Virus record (IMG/VR): IMGVR_UViG_2643221865_000003
From: an uncultured virus (IMG/VR IMGVR_UViG_2643221865_000003)
Lineage: Duplodnaviria; Heunggongvirae; Uroviricota; Caudoviricetes
Strand: one strand, 5' to 3'
DNA: 64,000 bases
The position numbers and the translations under genes are program-made. How positions within the stretch are numbered: the stretch's first letter is position 1; each line of letters starts with the position of its first letter. Shown in pieces: positions 56,961 to 64,000 of the stretch. The notes beneath the pieces were generated by a model that saw nothing but the letters and a program-made list of their open reading frames with translations, made no database searches and was not told where the DNA came from.

Positions 56961-57257
56961 ATGACCGCGCAAACCCCCACCACAGAGCAGCTCGCTGAAC
57001 GTCTCGACTGGCTGGCTAACGCCCGCACCGAGTACCTCTCCCCTGAACTGCGGAAGATCATCGCCGCCGACGAGAACTACTCCCACTGGGCCCAGTCGGA
57101 GGCCGACAAGACTCTCCTCGGGGAGATCTCCGGAATGAAGTCCGCAGCCCGGGCTCTCCGCGGTGCTGACATGCTCGGTTGGCTGCCGTCGTGGCGATGG
57201 GATGACTGGGAGCCGATCAACGACGGTGCGGCGCGAGTCCCAGCCCGTAGCAGCTGA
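56961..57257 (+). CDS. Hypothetical protein
   Basis: SD GAGGAG. Confidence 0.7.
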   Translation: MTAQTPTTEQLAERLDWLANARTEYLSPELRKIIAADENYSHWAQSEADKTLLGEISGMKSAARALRGADMLGWLPSWRWDDWEPINDGAARVPARSS

Positions 57258-57285
57258 CGCCGCTACAGGGTTTCCGGTAGCCGGC

Positions 57286-57723
57286 TCAGCCTTCGGGCGA
57301 TTCAGCGACTGCGGCCGTCTCTTGCTTCGCCGGCGCCGAGGTGCGGCTCTCATCAGCGACCGGTTCGCTGCCGAACTCAGACATCCACTTCACGATGGCT
57401 GCGTGCCCGGCGAGGGCGTCCGCTTCGGATGAGTACCGACGGGTTTCATGGTCGAAAGGTGCGGTGAAGTCAGGAGTCTGGGTGGTGCCGTCCTCGGATG
57501 CGTCGGCGCTGGCGAACACCATCGTCTCGAAGATCAGCGGCGCTTTGTTCGGATCCCGTCCGTGGTCGATCCCGAGGAGAACCGTCGACACCGTCGCTTT
57601 CGCGCCGTTCGGGGTGACGACGTCGGTGATCGCAACCCGGAAGTTCTTCTCCCAGTCCCCGTCGAGCGCAGCCCACTGCTCGAGGGTGATGGCCTCGCCG
57701 CGGCGGTTGTAGAACAAGGACAT
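57286..57723 (-). CDS. Phage-type hypothetical protein
   Basis: VSTV.LGIDH..PLIFETMVF..RY.S..A.AGH; leaderless after TACGAT. Confidence 0.75.
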   Translation of the reverse strand: MSLFYNRRGEAITLEQWAALDGDWEKNFRVAITDVVTPNGAKATVSTVLLGIDHGRDPNKAPLIFETMVFASADASEDGTTQTPDFTAPFDHETRRYSSEADALAGHAAIVKWMSEFGSEPVADESRTSAPAKQETAAVAESPEG

Positions 57724-57761
57724 GCCCACGATCGTAGCGTGGGCGCCGGAAACGGTCAGGT

Positions 57762-57770
57762 CCGCGCATG
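57762..57770 (+). promoter_or_regulatory. Motif A
   Basis: GAAA-N9-CCGCGCATG heading the small-gene operon. Confidence 0.7.
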
Positions 57771-57854
57771 TAGGAGGCGAAGAACTGCCGCAACGGAGAA
57801 CCCCGTGGTGCGAACACGTCGCCCTGATCCGTTGCATGCAGGTGAGGAGCGTCG

Positions 57855-58025
57855 GTGATCAAGTCGTCGAAGGACTACGACCAGAAGAACCTGCACGCGA
57901 ACGGCTGCTCCTGCTGCAACACCAAGCAGGAACGCCGCACCGTGAAGAAGGCGACCAAGCGCAGGGAAGAGACCCGTTGGCGCCGCGAAACCCAAGACGA
58001 GAAACGAGGAGGCTCCGATGCCTGA
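57855..58025 (+). CDS. 56-aa basic CSCC protein (not in ORF track)
   Basis: SD GAGGAG; GTG start; overlaps the next ATG. Confidence 0.65.
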   Translation: MIKSSKDYDQKNLHANGCSCCNTKQERRTVKKATKRREETRWRRETQDEKRGGSDA

Positions 58026-58257
58026 GGCAGCTGAGATCAAGGTTGGTGATGTCGTCCGCGGATTCGGTTGGGGCTTCTTCGGCCGCGACAGCATCGACGA
58101 CAAGGAATGCATCCAGGTGGGTGTGCATAACGGCATCCGGTACGCCGTGTTCGCCACAAAGGAGTCCTTCTTCGTGTCCCCGATCACAGCTGTTTCCGGG
58201 CACGAACTGGATCGGCTAGAGGCCCTCCAGGCCGAAGCTGCGGAGGAGAGCCGATGA
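58018..58257 (+). CDS. Small hypothetical protein
   Basis: SD GGAGG; coupled. Confidence 0.75.
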   Translation: MPEAAEIKVGDVVRGFGWGFFGRDSIDDKECIQVGVHNGIRYAVFATKESFFVSPITAVSGHELDRLEALQAEAAEESR

Positions 58258-58778
58258 ACGCAACAGAGCGAACCGCTGAGCAGCAGCTCGCCGACGCCCG
58301 CGACTGGTTCCTCGCCAACCGGGAGGCGCTGTACCGGGCAACCCCGCACGTCGCCCGGCAGCTCGCCGAGGCCATCGACATGACCATCATCGACATCCCC
58401 GGAGTCTGCTCCCTCGACGAGCCCGAGGATGAGCTCCGCGGAGTCGTCGAGGATGCCGTCCGGAAGACGCTGGCGGAGTGGCACACCTTCGACGGAAGCC
58501 CCGCGCGCCTCACCTCGACCGGTGAGTTCACCGACGATGTCTGGGGCCGTGTCGAAGCCGCGCTTCCGACCATGGTTCACCGTCCGTCCGAGGTGCGCCC
58601 CACTAACCAGTCCGCCCAGCGGGAAGCGTTCGAGTCGCTGCAGCTGACCCGCACCGTCAACGGTGTCGACGTGCCGTTCGACGCGAACGACCCCGCCTAC
58701 TCGGTCGCGCTCGGAGTCGGGTACGCCATGTTCGACAAGGGGTACCGGGTGCGCCGCGCTGAGGAGGAGCGCCGATGA
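58254..58778 (+). CDS. Hypothetical protein
   Basis: ATGA overlap. Confidence 0.75.
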   Translation: MNATERTAEQQLADARDWFLANREALYRATPHVARQLAEAIDMTIIDIPGVCSLDEPEDELRGVVEDAVRKTLAEWHTFDGSPARLTSTGEFTDDVWGRVEAALPTMVHRPSEVRPTNQSAQREAFESLQLTRTVNGVDVPFDANDPAYSVALGVGYAMFDKGYRVRRAEEERR

Positions 58779-59131
58779 GGCACCTCCCCGAAGGCACATG
58801 CCTGCAGTGTGAACAGACCCGTGACGAAGTCCGCCGTGAGCACACCATCTGCGGCATCGAAGGCGGCTACGAATACCGCGAGCTCATCGAGCAGTGGGAC
58901 CGTCACCACTGGCGTGACTGGTCCGACGCCGAACTGCGAACCTTCGGCATCCGGGAGGAACGCTGGGCGGATATCCGCCGTCTCATCCTCGCCGACCTGG
59001 ACTGGGTCGCCGTGGAAGAGCGGTGCGCCCGCGACGGTCACACCCCACCAGACGATCTCGACGCGTCCGGTCGCTGCGCCACCTGCTTCAGCCTGATCCC
59101 TCAAATCGCGACCGCTGTGGAGGCACGATGA
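58775..59131 (+). CDS. Cys-rich hypothetical protein
   Basis: CLQC, CATC; ATGA overlap. Confidence 0.75.
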   Translation: MRHLPEGTCLQCEQTRDEVRREHTICGIEGGYEYRELIEQWDRHHWRDWSDAELRTFGIREERWADIRRLILADLDWVAVEERCARDGHTPPDDLDASGRCATCFSLIPQIATAVEAR

Positions 59132-59496
59132 CCGCCGACTGGAAGCCGATCACCTACCCGCCGCTGAACGGTGCGATGGACCTCTCGACCGCCGACTGGC
59201 AGGAGTGGCGGTCCTCCCGCCGCTGCCGTGACTGCGGCCGCCAAGGTGCTCCCGGCCTCGACTCCCGCGGTGGAACCAACACCGCCGGCGGCGGCACCGC
59301 GTACGGGGTCTGCGACGACTGCTCACCCCTCGACGGGTGCGACGAACGCTCCGCCCGACACCCCGAAGACATCCAGCCCGGCACGAAGCTCTCTCACTGG
59401 GGCGACCGGGTCACCGACACCGAACACGACCGGCTCCTGGCCCTCCAGGCCACCCGCCGCACCAACTACCTGAACACCACCGAAGGAACGAACTGA
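59128..59496 (+). CDS. Zn-finger-like hypothetical protein
   Basis: CRDC..CDDC; ATGA overlap. Confidence 0.7.
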   Translation: MTADWKPITYPPLNGAMDLSTADWQEWRSSRRCRDCGRQGAPGLDSRGGTNTAGGGTAYGVCDDCSPLDGCDERSARHPEDIQPGTKLSHWGDRVTDTEHDRLLALQATRRTNYLNTTEGTN

Positions 59497-60092
59497 TGGC
59501 CGACCAGACCGACACCGCCGCCGCCGAACTCGCGCACCTCCGCGGGATCGTCGCCGAGCTCACCGAATACTGGCTGCACGGCCCCGTCGGGAAGAACGAC
59601 TACTACGTCAACGGGTTCCCCGACCGACTCTCCCAGCTCGGAGAGTTCTTCTCCGAGGACGCCGAGAAGGTCAACCGCGACATCCTGACCCGCGCCGGTG
59701 CCGGTGTGCCGGTGAGCACACACCCGGACGCCGAGACGATCGTCACCTCGGCACAGAGGTACCTCCGCCAGTGTGGGTTCCTCCGCGCCGAACCGAACAA
59801 GTACGTGCTCACCGCCATCCTCTCCGGAGAGGAGTCTCCGTTCGACCAGGCCGTCTCCGCTGAGCTGACCGCCGAGTTTGACCGACGTGTCGGCGTCATC
59901 GTCGACGTGATCACGGAGAACGGCGGGAGAGGGCCCGCCGGAGGGATCATGCGCGAGACCGCCACCCGCCTCGGACTCGCCGACAACGAGACCGGCACCC
60001 TCTTCGACGAGGCGATCGCGAACAACCTGATTGGCGCTGAAGAACTGAGCGGCTGCATCATCGCCTACACCCTCGTGGACGACGCGCGATGA
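59496..60092 (+). CDS. Hypothetical protein
   Basis: TGATG overlap; SD GAAGGA. Confidence 0.75.
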   Translation: MADQTDTAAAELAHLRGIVAELTEYWLHGPVGKNDYYVNGFPDRLSQLGEFFSEDAEKVNRDILTRAGAGVPVSTHPDAETIVTSAQRYLRQCGFLRAEPNKYVLTAILSGEESPFDQAVSAELTAEFDRRVGVIVDVITENGGRGPAGGIMRETATRLGLADNETGTLFDEAIANNLIGAEELSGCIIAYTLVDDAR

Positions 60093-60313
60093 CCGCCGAG
60101 TGGATCCGCCGCAACTACCGCGTCCCGGTGAAACGCGGCCAGCGCGTCACCGTCGAAGGCCGGTGGGGCACTGTCGTGTCGTTCCCCGCCCAGTACATCG
60201 GTGTGAGGTTCGACGGTGAGAAGCGCACCTCCCGGTGCCACCCCACCTGGGAGGTCGACTACCACCCGCAGCGATCAGACCCGGCTAAGGCTGCCCCCGA
60301 GGTGCTCGCATGA
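60089..60313 (+). CDS. Phage-type small SH3-like protein
   Basis: IRRNYRVP..GQRV..G.WG.V..VRFDG..CHPTW. Confidence 0.75.
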   Translation: MTAEWIRRNYRVPVKRGQRVTVEGRWGTVVSFPAQYIGVRFDGEKRTSRCHPTWEVDYHPQRSDPAKAAPEVLA

Positions 60314-60549
60314 GCGCCCTGAAGACGGCCCACGGCGGTGACAACTTCTCCACCTGGACGATCAGCCACACCGGCGACGGCTACGACATCCTCGTCAGCT
60401 CAACGCTGGAGACGGAACGTCAACCCAACCCGGCCGGCTGGGGGCCGAAGACGATCGCCGAGGAGCACATCTCCGACCCGATCGGCCACCAAGCCATCGA
60501 CCGTGCCATCGCATTGGCCGCCGAGTACGAGAACAGGATGACCGCATGA
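60310..60549 (+). CDS. Small hypothetical protein
   Basis: ATGA overlap. Confidence 0.7.
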   Translation: MSALKTAHGGDNFSTWTISHTGDGYDILVSSTLETERQPNPAGWGPKTIAEEHISDPIGHQAIDRAIALAAEYENRMTA

Positions 60550-61127
60550 ACGCCGACCGCCGCCGCGCCAAGCTGACCACTGAGGCGTACAACGAGGTGA
60601 CCGACTCGGACTTCACCCCGGAATCCATGCAGGCTGCAGTGGAGAAGCTGTACGACGCCGCATACGCCGCCGGCCGCCGCGCCACCCTGAAGGAGGTTCG
60701 GGACGAGATCAGGACGATCCCCTGCTGGATCGCACCGACCGGCGCGAACGGGTTCGACGTCGACGGGAACGAACGCCAGATCGTCCTCGACTACCTCGAC
60801 GAAGCGATCACCCCCGGGTCCGTCGCCTCGAAGGTGCCGGCTCGGCGCAAGCCGGTGCGCATCCCCGCGGCGTCACCTGTCGAAGCGCCTAAGCCAGCCG
60901 AGGATCAAGGGCGCACCAAGGTGCTGCGCCGGCCGCCGATGTGGGGCCTCACCCTGATCGATCCGTCCGGGAAGTACGGCCAGCACAACGCGTTCGTCGA
61001 GTTCGGTGAGACCGCAGAGGAGGCGATGGCCAGCGCGATCGGCCGGTACCGACCTGCCGGCGGTGGGCACGCGGCCGCAGACCCGGCAAACCCGCCGTAC
61101 CTGATGTCGCCTGCCATCGACCGGTGA
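60546..61127 (+). CDS. Hypothetical protein
   Basis: ATGA overlap. Confidence 0.7.
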   Translation: MNADRRRAKLTTEAYNEVTDSDFTPESMQAAVEKLYDAAYAAGRRATLKEVRDEIRTIPCWIAPTGANGFDVDGNERQIVLDYLDEAITPGSVASKVPARRKPVRIPAASPVEAPKPAEDQGRTKVLRRPPMWGLTLIDPSGKYGQHNAFVEFGETAEEAMASAIGRYRPAGGGHAAADPANPPYLMSPAIDR

Positions 61128-61130
61128 GTG

Positions 61131-61139
61131 CGCCACATG
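61131..61139 (+). promoter_or_regulatory. Motif B
   Basis: Intergenic, upstream of 61196. Confidence 0.65.
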
Positions 61140-61195
61140 CCACAGCTGTGACTAAGAGCCCGACCCCTGATCACCCGATCCTGTAGGAGCACCCC

Positions 61196-61576
61196 GTGGG
61201 AACCACCCGCACCTTCCAGCACCACGACGACGTCGTCGCGCTGCACGGCATCCTGACCCGCGCGTGGGCGAAAGCGGAACCCGACCACACGGTGACGCAG
61301 AACCCTGCCGCGTACTCCGAGACGTTCCTCGATTTGGCCCGCGCCGCTGTCGACTCCGGGTACCGCCACCCCGACTCGAAGCAGGAGTGGGTGGTCTACA
61401 ACTGGGCGAACGGCACGCGCTACCTCGTTGACGGCGGGACGCAGGAGAACGCGGAGAAGGAAGCCGCCCTCTGTGACCACGACCACCAGGCTCAACCGGC
61501 GGAAACGGCGCGGCTCCTCAGCAATGCGTTCAACCACGGCCGCCACAAAGGCGTCCGCGAGGCCGGTGACCGATGA
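61196..61576 (+). CDS. Hypothetical protein
   Basis: SD AGGAG. Confidence 0.7.
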   Translation: MGTTRTFQHHDDVVALHGILTRAWAKAEPDHTVTQNPAAYSETFLDLARAAVDSGYRHPDSKQEWVVYNWANGTRYLVDGGTQENAEKEAALCDHDHQAQPAETARLLSNAFNHGRHKGVREAGDR

Positions 61577-61806
61577 GCGCCAGCATCTTCAGCCCAAGGC
61601 CGTTCCTCTCCGGCCGCTGCCGGGACCGGGAGCCGGTCAGCTTCGGCTGCGGCACCGCCAGGCTGAACGCCCGCATCCAATTCTACGAATGCGACCTCGA
61701 CGTCGACCACGACGGCGACCACTACGACAAGCGCGAGAAGCGCAGCTGGGAACGCTGGCCGGAAACCGCTGCCACCCCGACACTGGAGGACACGAACCAT
61801 GCCTAG
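61573..61806 (+). CDS. Small Cys/His protein
   Basis: C..HDGDH; ATGA overlap. Confidence 0.65.
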   Translation: MSASIFSPRPFLSGRCRDREPVSFGCGTARLNARIQFYECDLDVDHDGDHYDKREKRSWERWPETAATPTLEDTNHA

Positions 61807-62215
61807 CCCGCTCCCTGCGTACCGCACCGACCGCACCCACTTGTACCGGATTCGCGGGAACTGGACCACCGACGCCGGCATCCACCTGTCGGAGGATGCG
61901 CTTCTGTTCGACCACCTCCCCGTCGACCAGCTCGGACCCGACGACAACGTCGTGGTGAAGATCGACGTCACGAACAGCGGACGCCCCCGATTCGACTGGA
62001 ATGCGCCGGACAAGTCCTGGCTCGGCCGGACTCGCGACGCCGTCGCAACGAAGATCGCGATGTTCGCGTACCGGTTCATCGCCACACAGTTCTACCGGGA
62101 GAACGTCACCGCCGCGTTGACGTTCGGGCTGAAGGATGCCCGTGCCGACTACGAGAAGTCGATCCCGAAGGTGTCCGTCGACGACCTGTTCAATACGAAG
62201 CAGCCGCAGCCGTGA
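61799..62215 (+). CDS. Hypothetical protein
   Basis: SD GGAGG. Confidence 0.7.
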   Translation: MPSPLPAYRTDRTHLYRIRGNWTTDAGIHLSEDALLFDHLPVDQLGPDDNVVVKIDVTNSGRPRFDWNAPDKSWLGRTRDAVATKIAMFAYRFIATQFYRENVTAALTFGLKDARADYEKSIPKVSVDDLFNTKQPQP

Positions 62216-62523
62216 CCCTCTGGGCCACCGCGCTGATCATCGCGGCGTTCGTCCTCGGCGGAGCGTCCGTCGGCGTCGTAGTGGTGAACCACTTCCGCGG
62301 CGACGCGAAAGCCATCTCGGACGCTCAGGTGTGGGCGGTGTTCAACTGGGACTCCGGGGAGCTGTTCAACGTATCTCCGGCAACACAGCTGAACGCAGAG
62401 CGGGAGGCTCAGCTCGCCGGGCCCGGGCATGAGGCGTTCGAGATCGTGACCGCCGCGTACCTGCGGCGCGCGTACGCGCACGGCCGCGATGGTGCGCCCG
62501 ACCGCCACATGCCTCACGGCTGA
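62212..62523 (+). CDS. Membrane-anchored small protein
   Basis: N-terminal TM; GTGA overlap. Confidence 0.65.
   Translation: MTLWATALIIAAFVLGGASVGVVVVNHFRGDAKAISDAQVWAVFNWDSGELFNVSPATQLNAEREAQLAGPGHEAFEIVTAAYLRRAYAHGRDGAPDRHMPHG
62503..62511 (+). promoter_or_regulatory. Motif B
   Basis: 11 nt before ATG 62523, inside the end of the previous gene. Confidence 0.55.
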
Positions 62524-62726
62524 TGACATCCAAGAACCCTGTACTCGACGCGTTCCTCAACAACTGGGACGGCTCCGCCTCGGAGGTGTCTGAGGCGATC
62601 CACAATCTGGTCACCGACCCGGAGTCCGCTGACGGTCTCGGCTGGAGCAGAGACGAAGTCCGGAACGCGATCGCGAACCTCCGCCGCCTCGAAGCCACGG
62701 CAAGCGTCGATGCTGTCCTGGTCTGA
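62523..62726 (+). CDS. Small hypothetical protein
   Basis: TGATG overlap. Confidence 0.65.
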   Translation: MTSKNPVLDAFLNNWDGSASEVSEAIHNLVTDPESADGLGWSRDEVRNAIANLRRLEATASVDAVLV

Positions 62727-63132
62727 ACGACGGCTGATCCGTCGTGCCCGGAAGGCAGCGGAAGCTTCCCGATGGCTCCACGAAGCGAACCTGCAGGCCA
62801 TCCGCGCTGTCCATGAGGCAGAACGCAACGGCTCCTGCCCGTTGGCGTGCTGCTCTTCCTATGCGTACGCGGCGATGCTCGCCTGGGAGCAGGAGAAGCT
62901 CGGCGGGTACTACCTGTCCGGCACAGAGCAGGACGCGTTCGAAGCCGGATGGGACGCCCGCGGCCCCGGATGGCGGACCGGGACCCTCACCGTCGACTTC
63001 CAAGTCCTAGCCGGCCCCGCCTCCTACCAGGAGGCCGACGAGAAGATCAGGGCTCTGCTCGAGGAGGCCGGGTACACGATCGGGTCGTTCGGCATCTCCG
63101 GCCAGCTGCCGAAAACCGATCCGTCGGACTGA
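62710..63132 (+). CDS. Hypothetical protein
   Basis: Overlaps the previous gene; AFEAGWDA. Confidence 0.6.
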   Translation: MLSWSERRLIRRARKAAEASRWLHEANLQAIRAVHEAERNGSCPLACCSSYAYAAMLAWEQEKLGGYYLSGTEQDAFEAGWDARGPGWRTGTLTVDFQVLAGPASYQEADEKIRALLEEAGYTIGSFGISGQLPKTDPSD

Positions 63133-63148
63133 CCGAAAACCAGCCGAT

Positions 63149-63157
63149 CCGCACATG
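63149..63157 (+). promoter_or_regulatory. Motif A
   Basis: GAAA-N10-CCGCACATG. Confidence 0.7.
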
Positions 63158-63186
63158 TTCGTGGTGAAGAGGAAGGACCACAGACA

Positions 63187-63441
63187 GTGGCTAAGAACGC
63201 AGACCGGATCGTCAAGCACGCCGGGTACAACTACGCATCCATGACGGTGAACGCGTATCGCGCGCAGGGTTCCCAGACCGGTGAGATCAGAGCATTCGGT
63301 CGCACCAACGCTGCGGAGCGTCAGGATCTCGCCGACAAGATGGCGTCCGTCGTGGAGACGGCGACGATCACCGAAATCGAGAAGAGCGTCTGGCGGGTCG
63401 ACTTCGAGGTTACCCACAAGATCGTCCCGATCGCCGCCTAG
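63187..63441 (+). CDS. Small hypothetical protein
   Basis: SD GAAGGA. Confidence 0.7.
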   Translation: MAKNADRIVKHAGYNYASMTVNAYRAQGSQTGEIRAFGRTNAAERQDLADKMASVVETATITEIEKSVWRVDFEVTHKIVPIAA

Positions 63442-63453
63442 GAGAACAACCGC

Positions 63454-63690
63454 ATGCCAGAGCTCACTACCCCAGCCCAGACCATTGAACCCTCCCTCGG
63501 AATGGTCGTCACCTTCGACGATCCGTGGTCCAACCCGGAGAACCCCTCGCGCGTCGTCGTCACCTGCCTCGCCCGCACCAGCGAAGACCGAGTCGACGAC
63601 GACCTGTTCTGCTGGAAGGACATCCTCCGCACCGAATGGTCGCTGGCTCAGATCAACGCCGGCCGCCCAGAGATCGAACGGGCCGCGTGA
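63454..63690 (+). CDS. Small hypothetical protein
   Basis: SD AGGAG. Confidence 0.7.
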   Translation: MPELTTPAQTIEPSLGMVVTFDDPWSNPENPSRVVVTCLARTSEDRVDDDLFCWKDILRTEWSLAQINAGRPEIERAA

Positions 63691-64000
63691 CACCCCTGCG
63701 CCAGACGCCCCCACCGGAAACTGTTGCCGTCCTGAACTCGGACGACCTGTTCACACCTTTCGGGTTCCACCGCGGGAACATCATCACCGACACGTTCGCA
63801 GCTGAGTTCACCGGCGACGACCTCGACATCATCGAAGGCCAGACCCACGCCGTCCTCTACCGGGCCGTCTGCAACCTGCTGCTCCCCGAGGTCCGCAAAG
63901 CCGGCCACGACATCGACGTCATCTGGGCCGACACCGACAACAATCCCGTCCGTGCCACCACAGTCGACGGTGTTTACCTCAGCCGCCAGGACGCGAAGCC
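63687..64000 (+). CDS. Hypothetical protein (3'-partial)
   Basis: GTGA overlap; frame open to the window end. Confidence 0.65.
   Translation, partial: MTPLRQTPPPETVAVLNSDDLFTPFGFHRGNIITDTFAAEFTGDDLDIIEGQTHAVLYRAVCNLLLPEVRKAGHDIDVIWADTDNNPVRATTVDGVYLSRQDAK

Overview
High-GC actinobacterial DNA, Microbacteriaceae-like by gene content. It has no rRNA, tRNA, CRISPR array, transposase, integrase or virion gene, and it reads as part of a very large extrachromosomal element (megaplasmid, ICE or phage-plasmid). Most of the roughly 85 genes are hypothetical. Recognisable products include a cutinase-vWA-PKD wall-anchored protein, PcfJ-like, DUF6998, DUF6283, YozE-like and DUF4192 proteins, an ELWxxDGT-repeat protein, DprA and an XRE regulator. 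The window also encodes a VirD4/TraD-like ATPase coupled to a Replic_Relax-like protein, a sigma-70 (ECF-like) factor, an AAA ATPase, a pilin-like adhesin, thymidine kinase, and a phage-style string of small overlapping ORFs at the right end. Three unexplained patterns stand out. (1) Two element-specific promoter-like motifs, CCGCRCATG (19 exact gene-upstream copies) and CGCCACATG (8 exact copies, several 10-11 nt before SD-less starts), suggest a private transcription programme. (2) Seven stand-alone helicase-associated (HA) repeat proteins occur with no helicase and carry variable residues in a conserved helix. (3) A ~1.6 kb non-coding tract is packed with strand-specific GNA-triloop and ACACG-loop hairpins directly upstream of the coupling-protein/Replic_Relax pair. 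All family calls and motif counts are by eye; no database searches were run.
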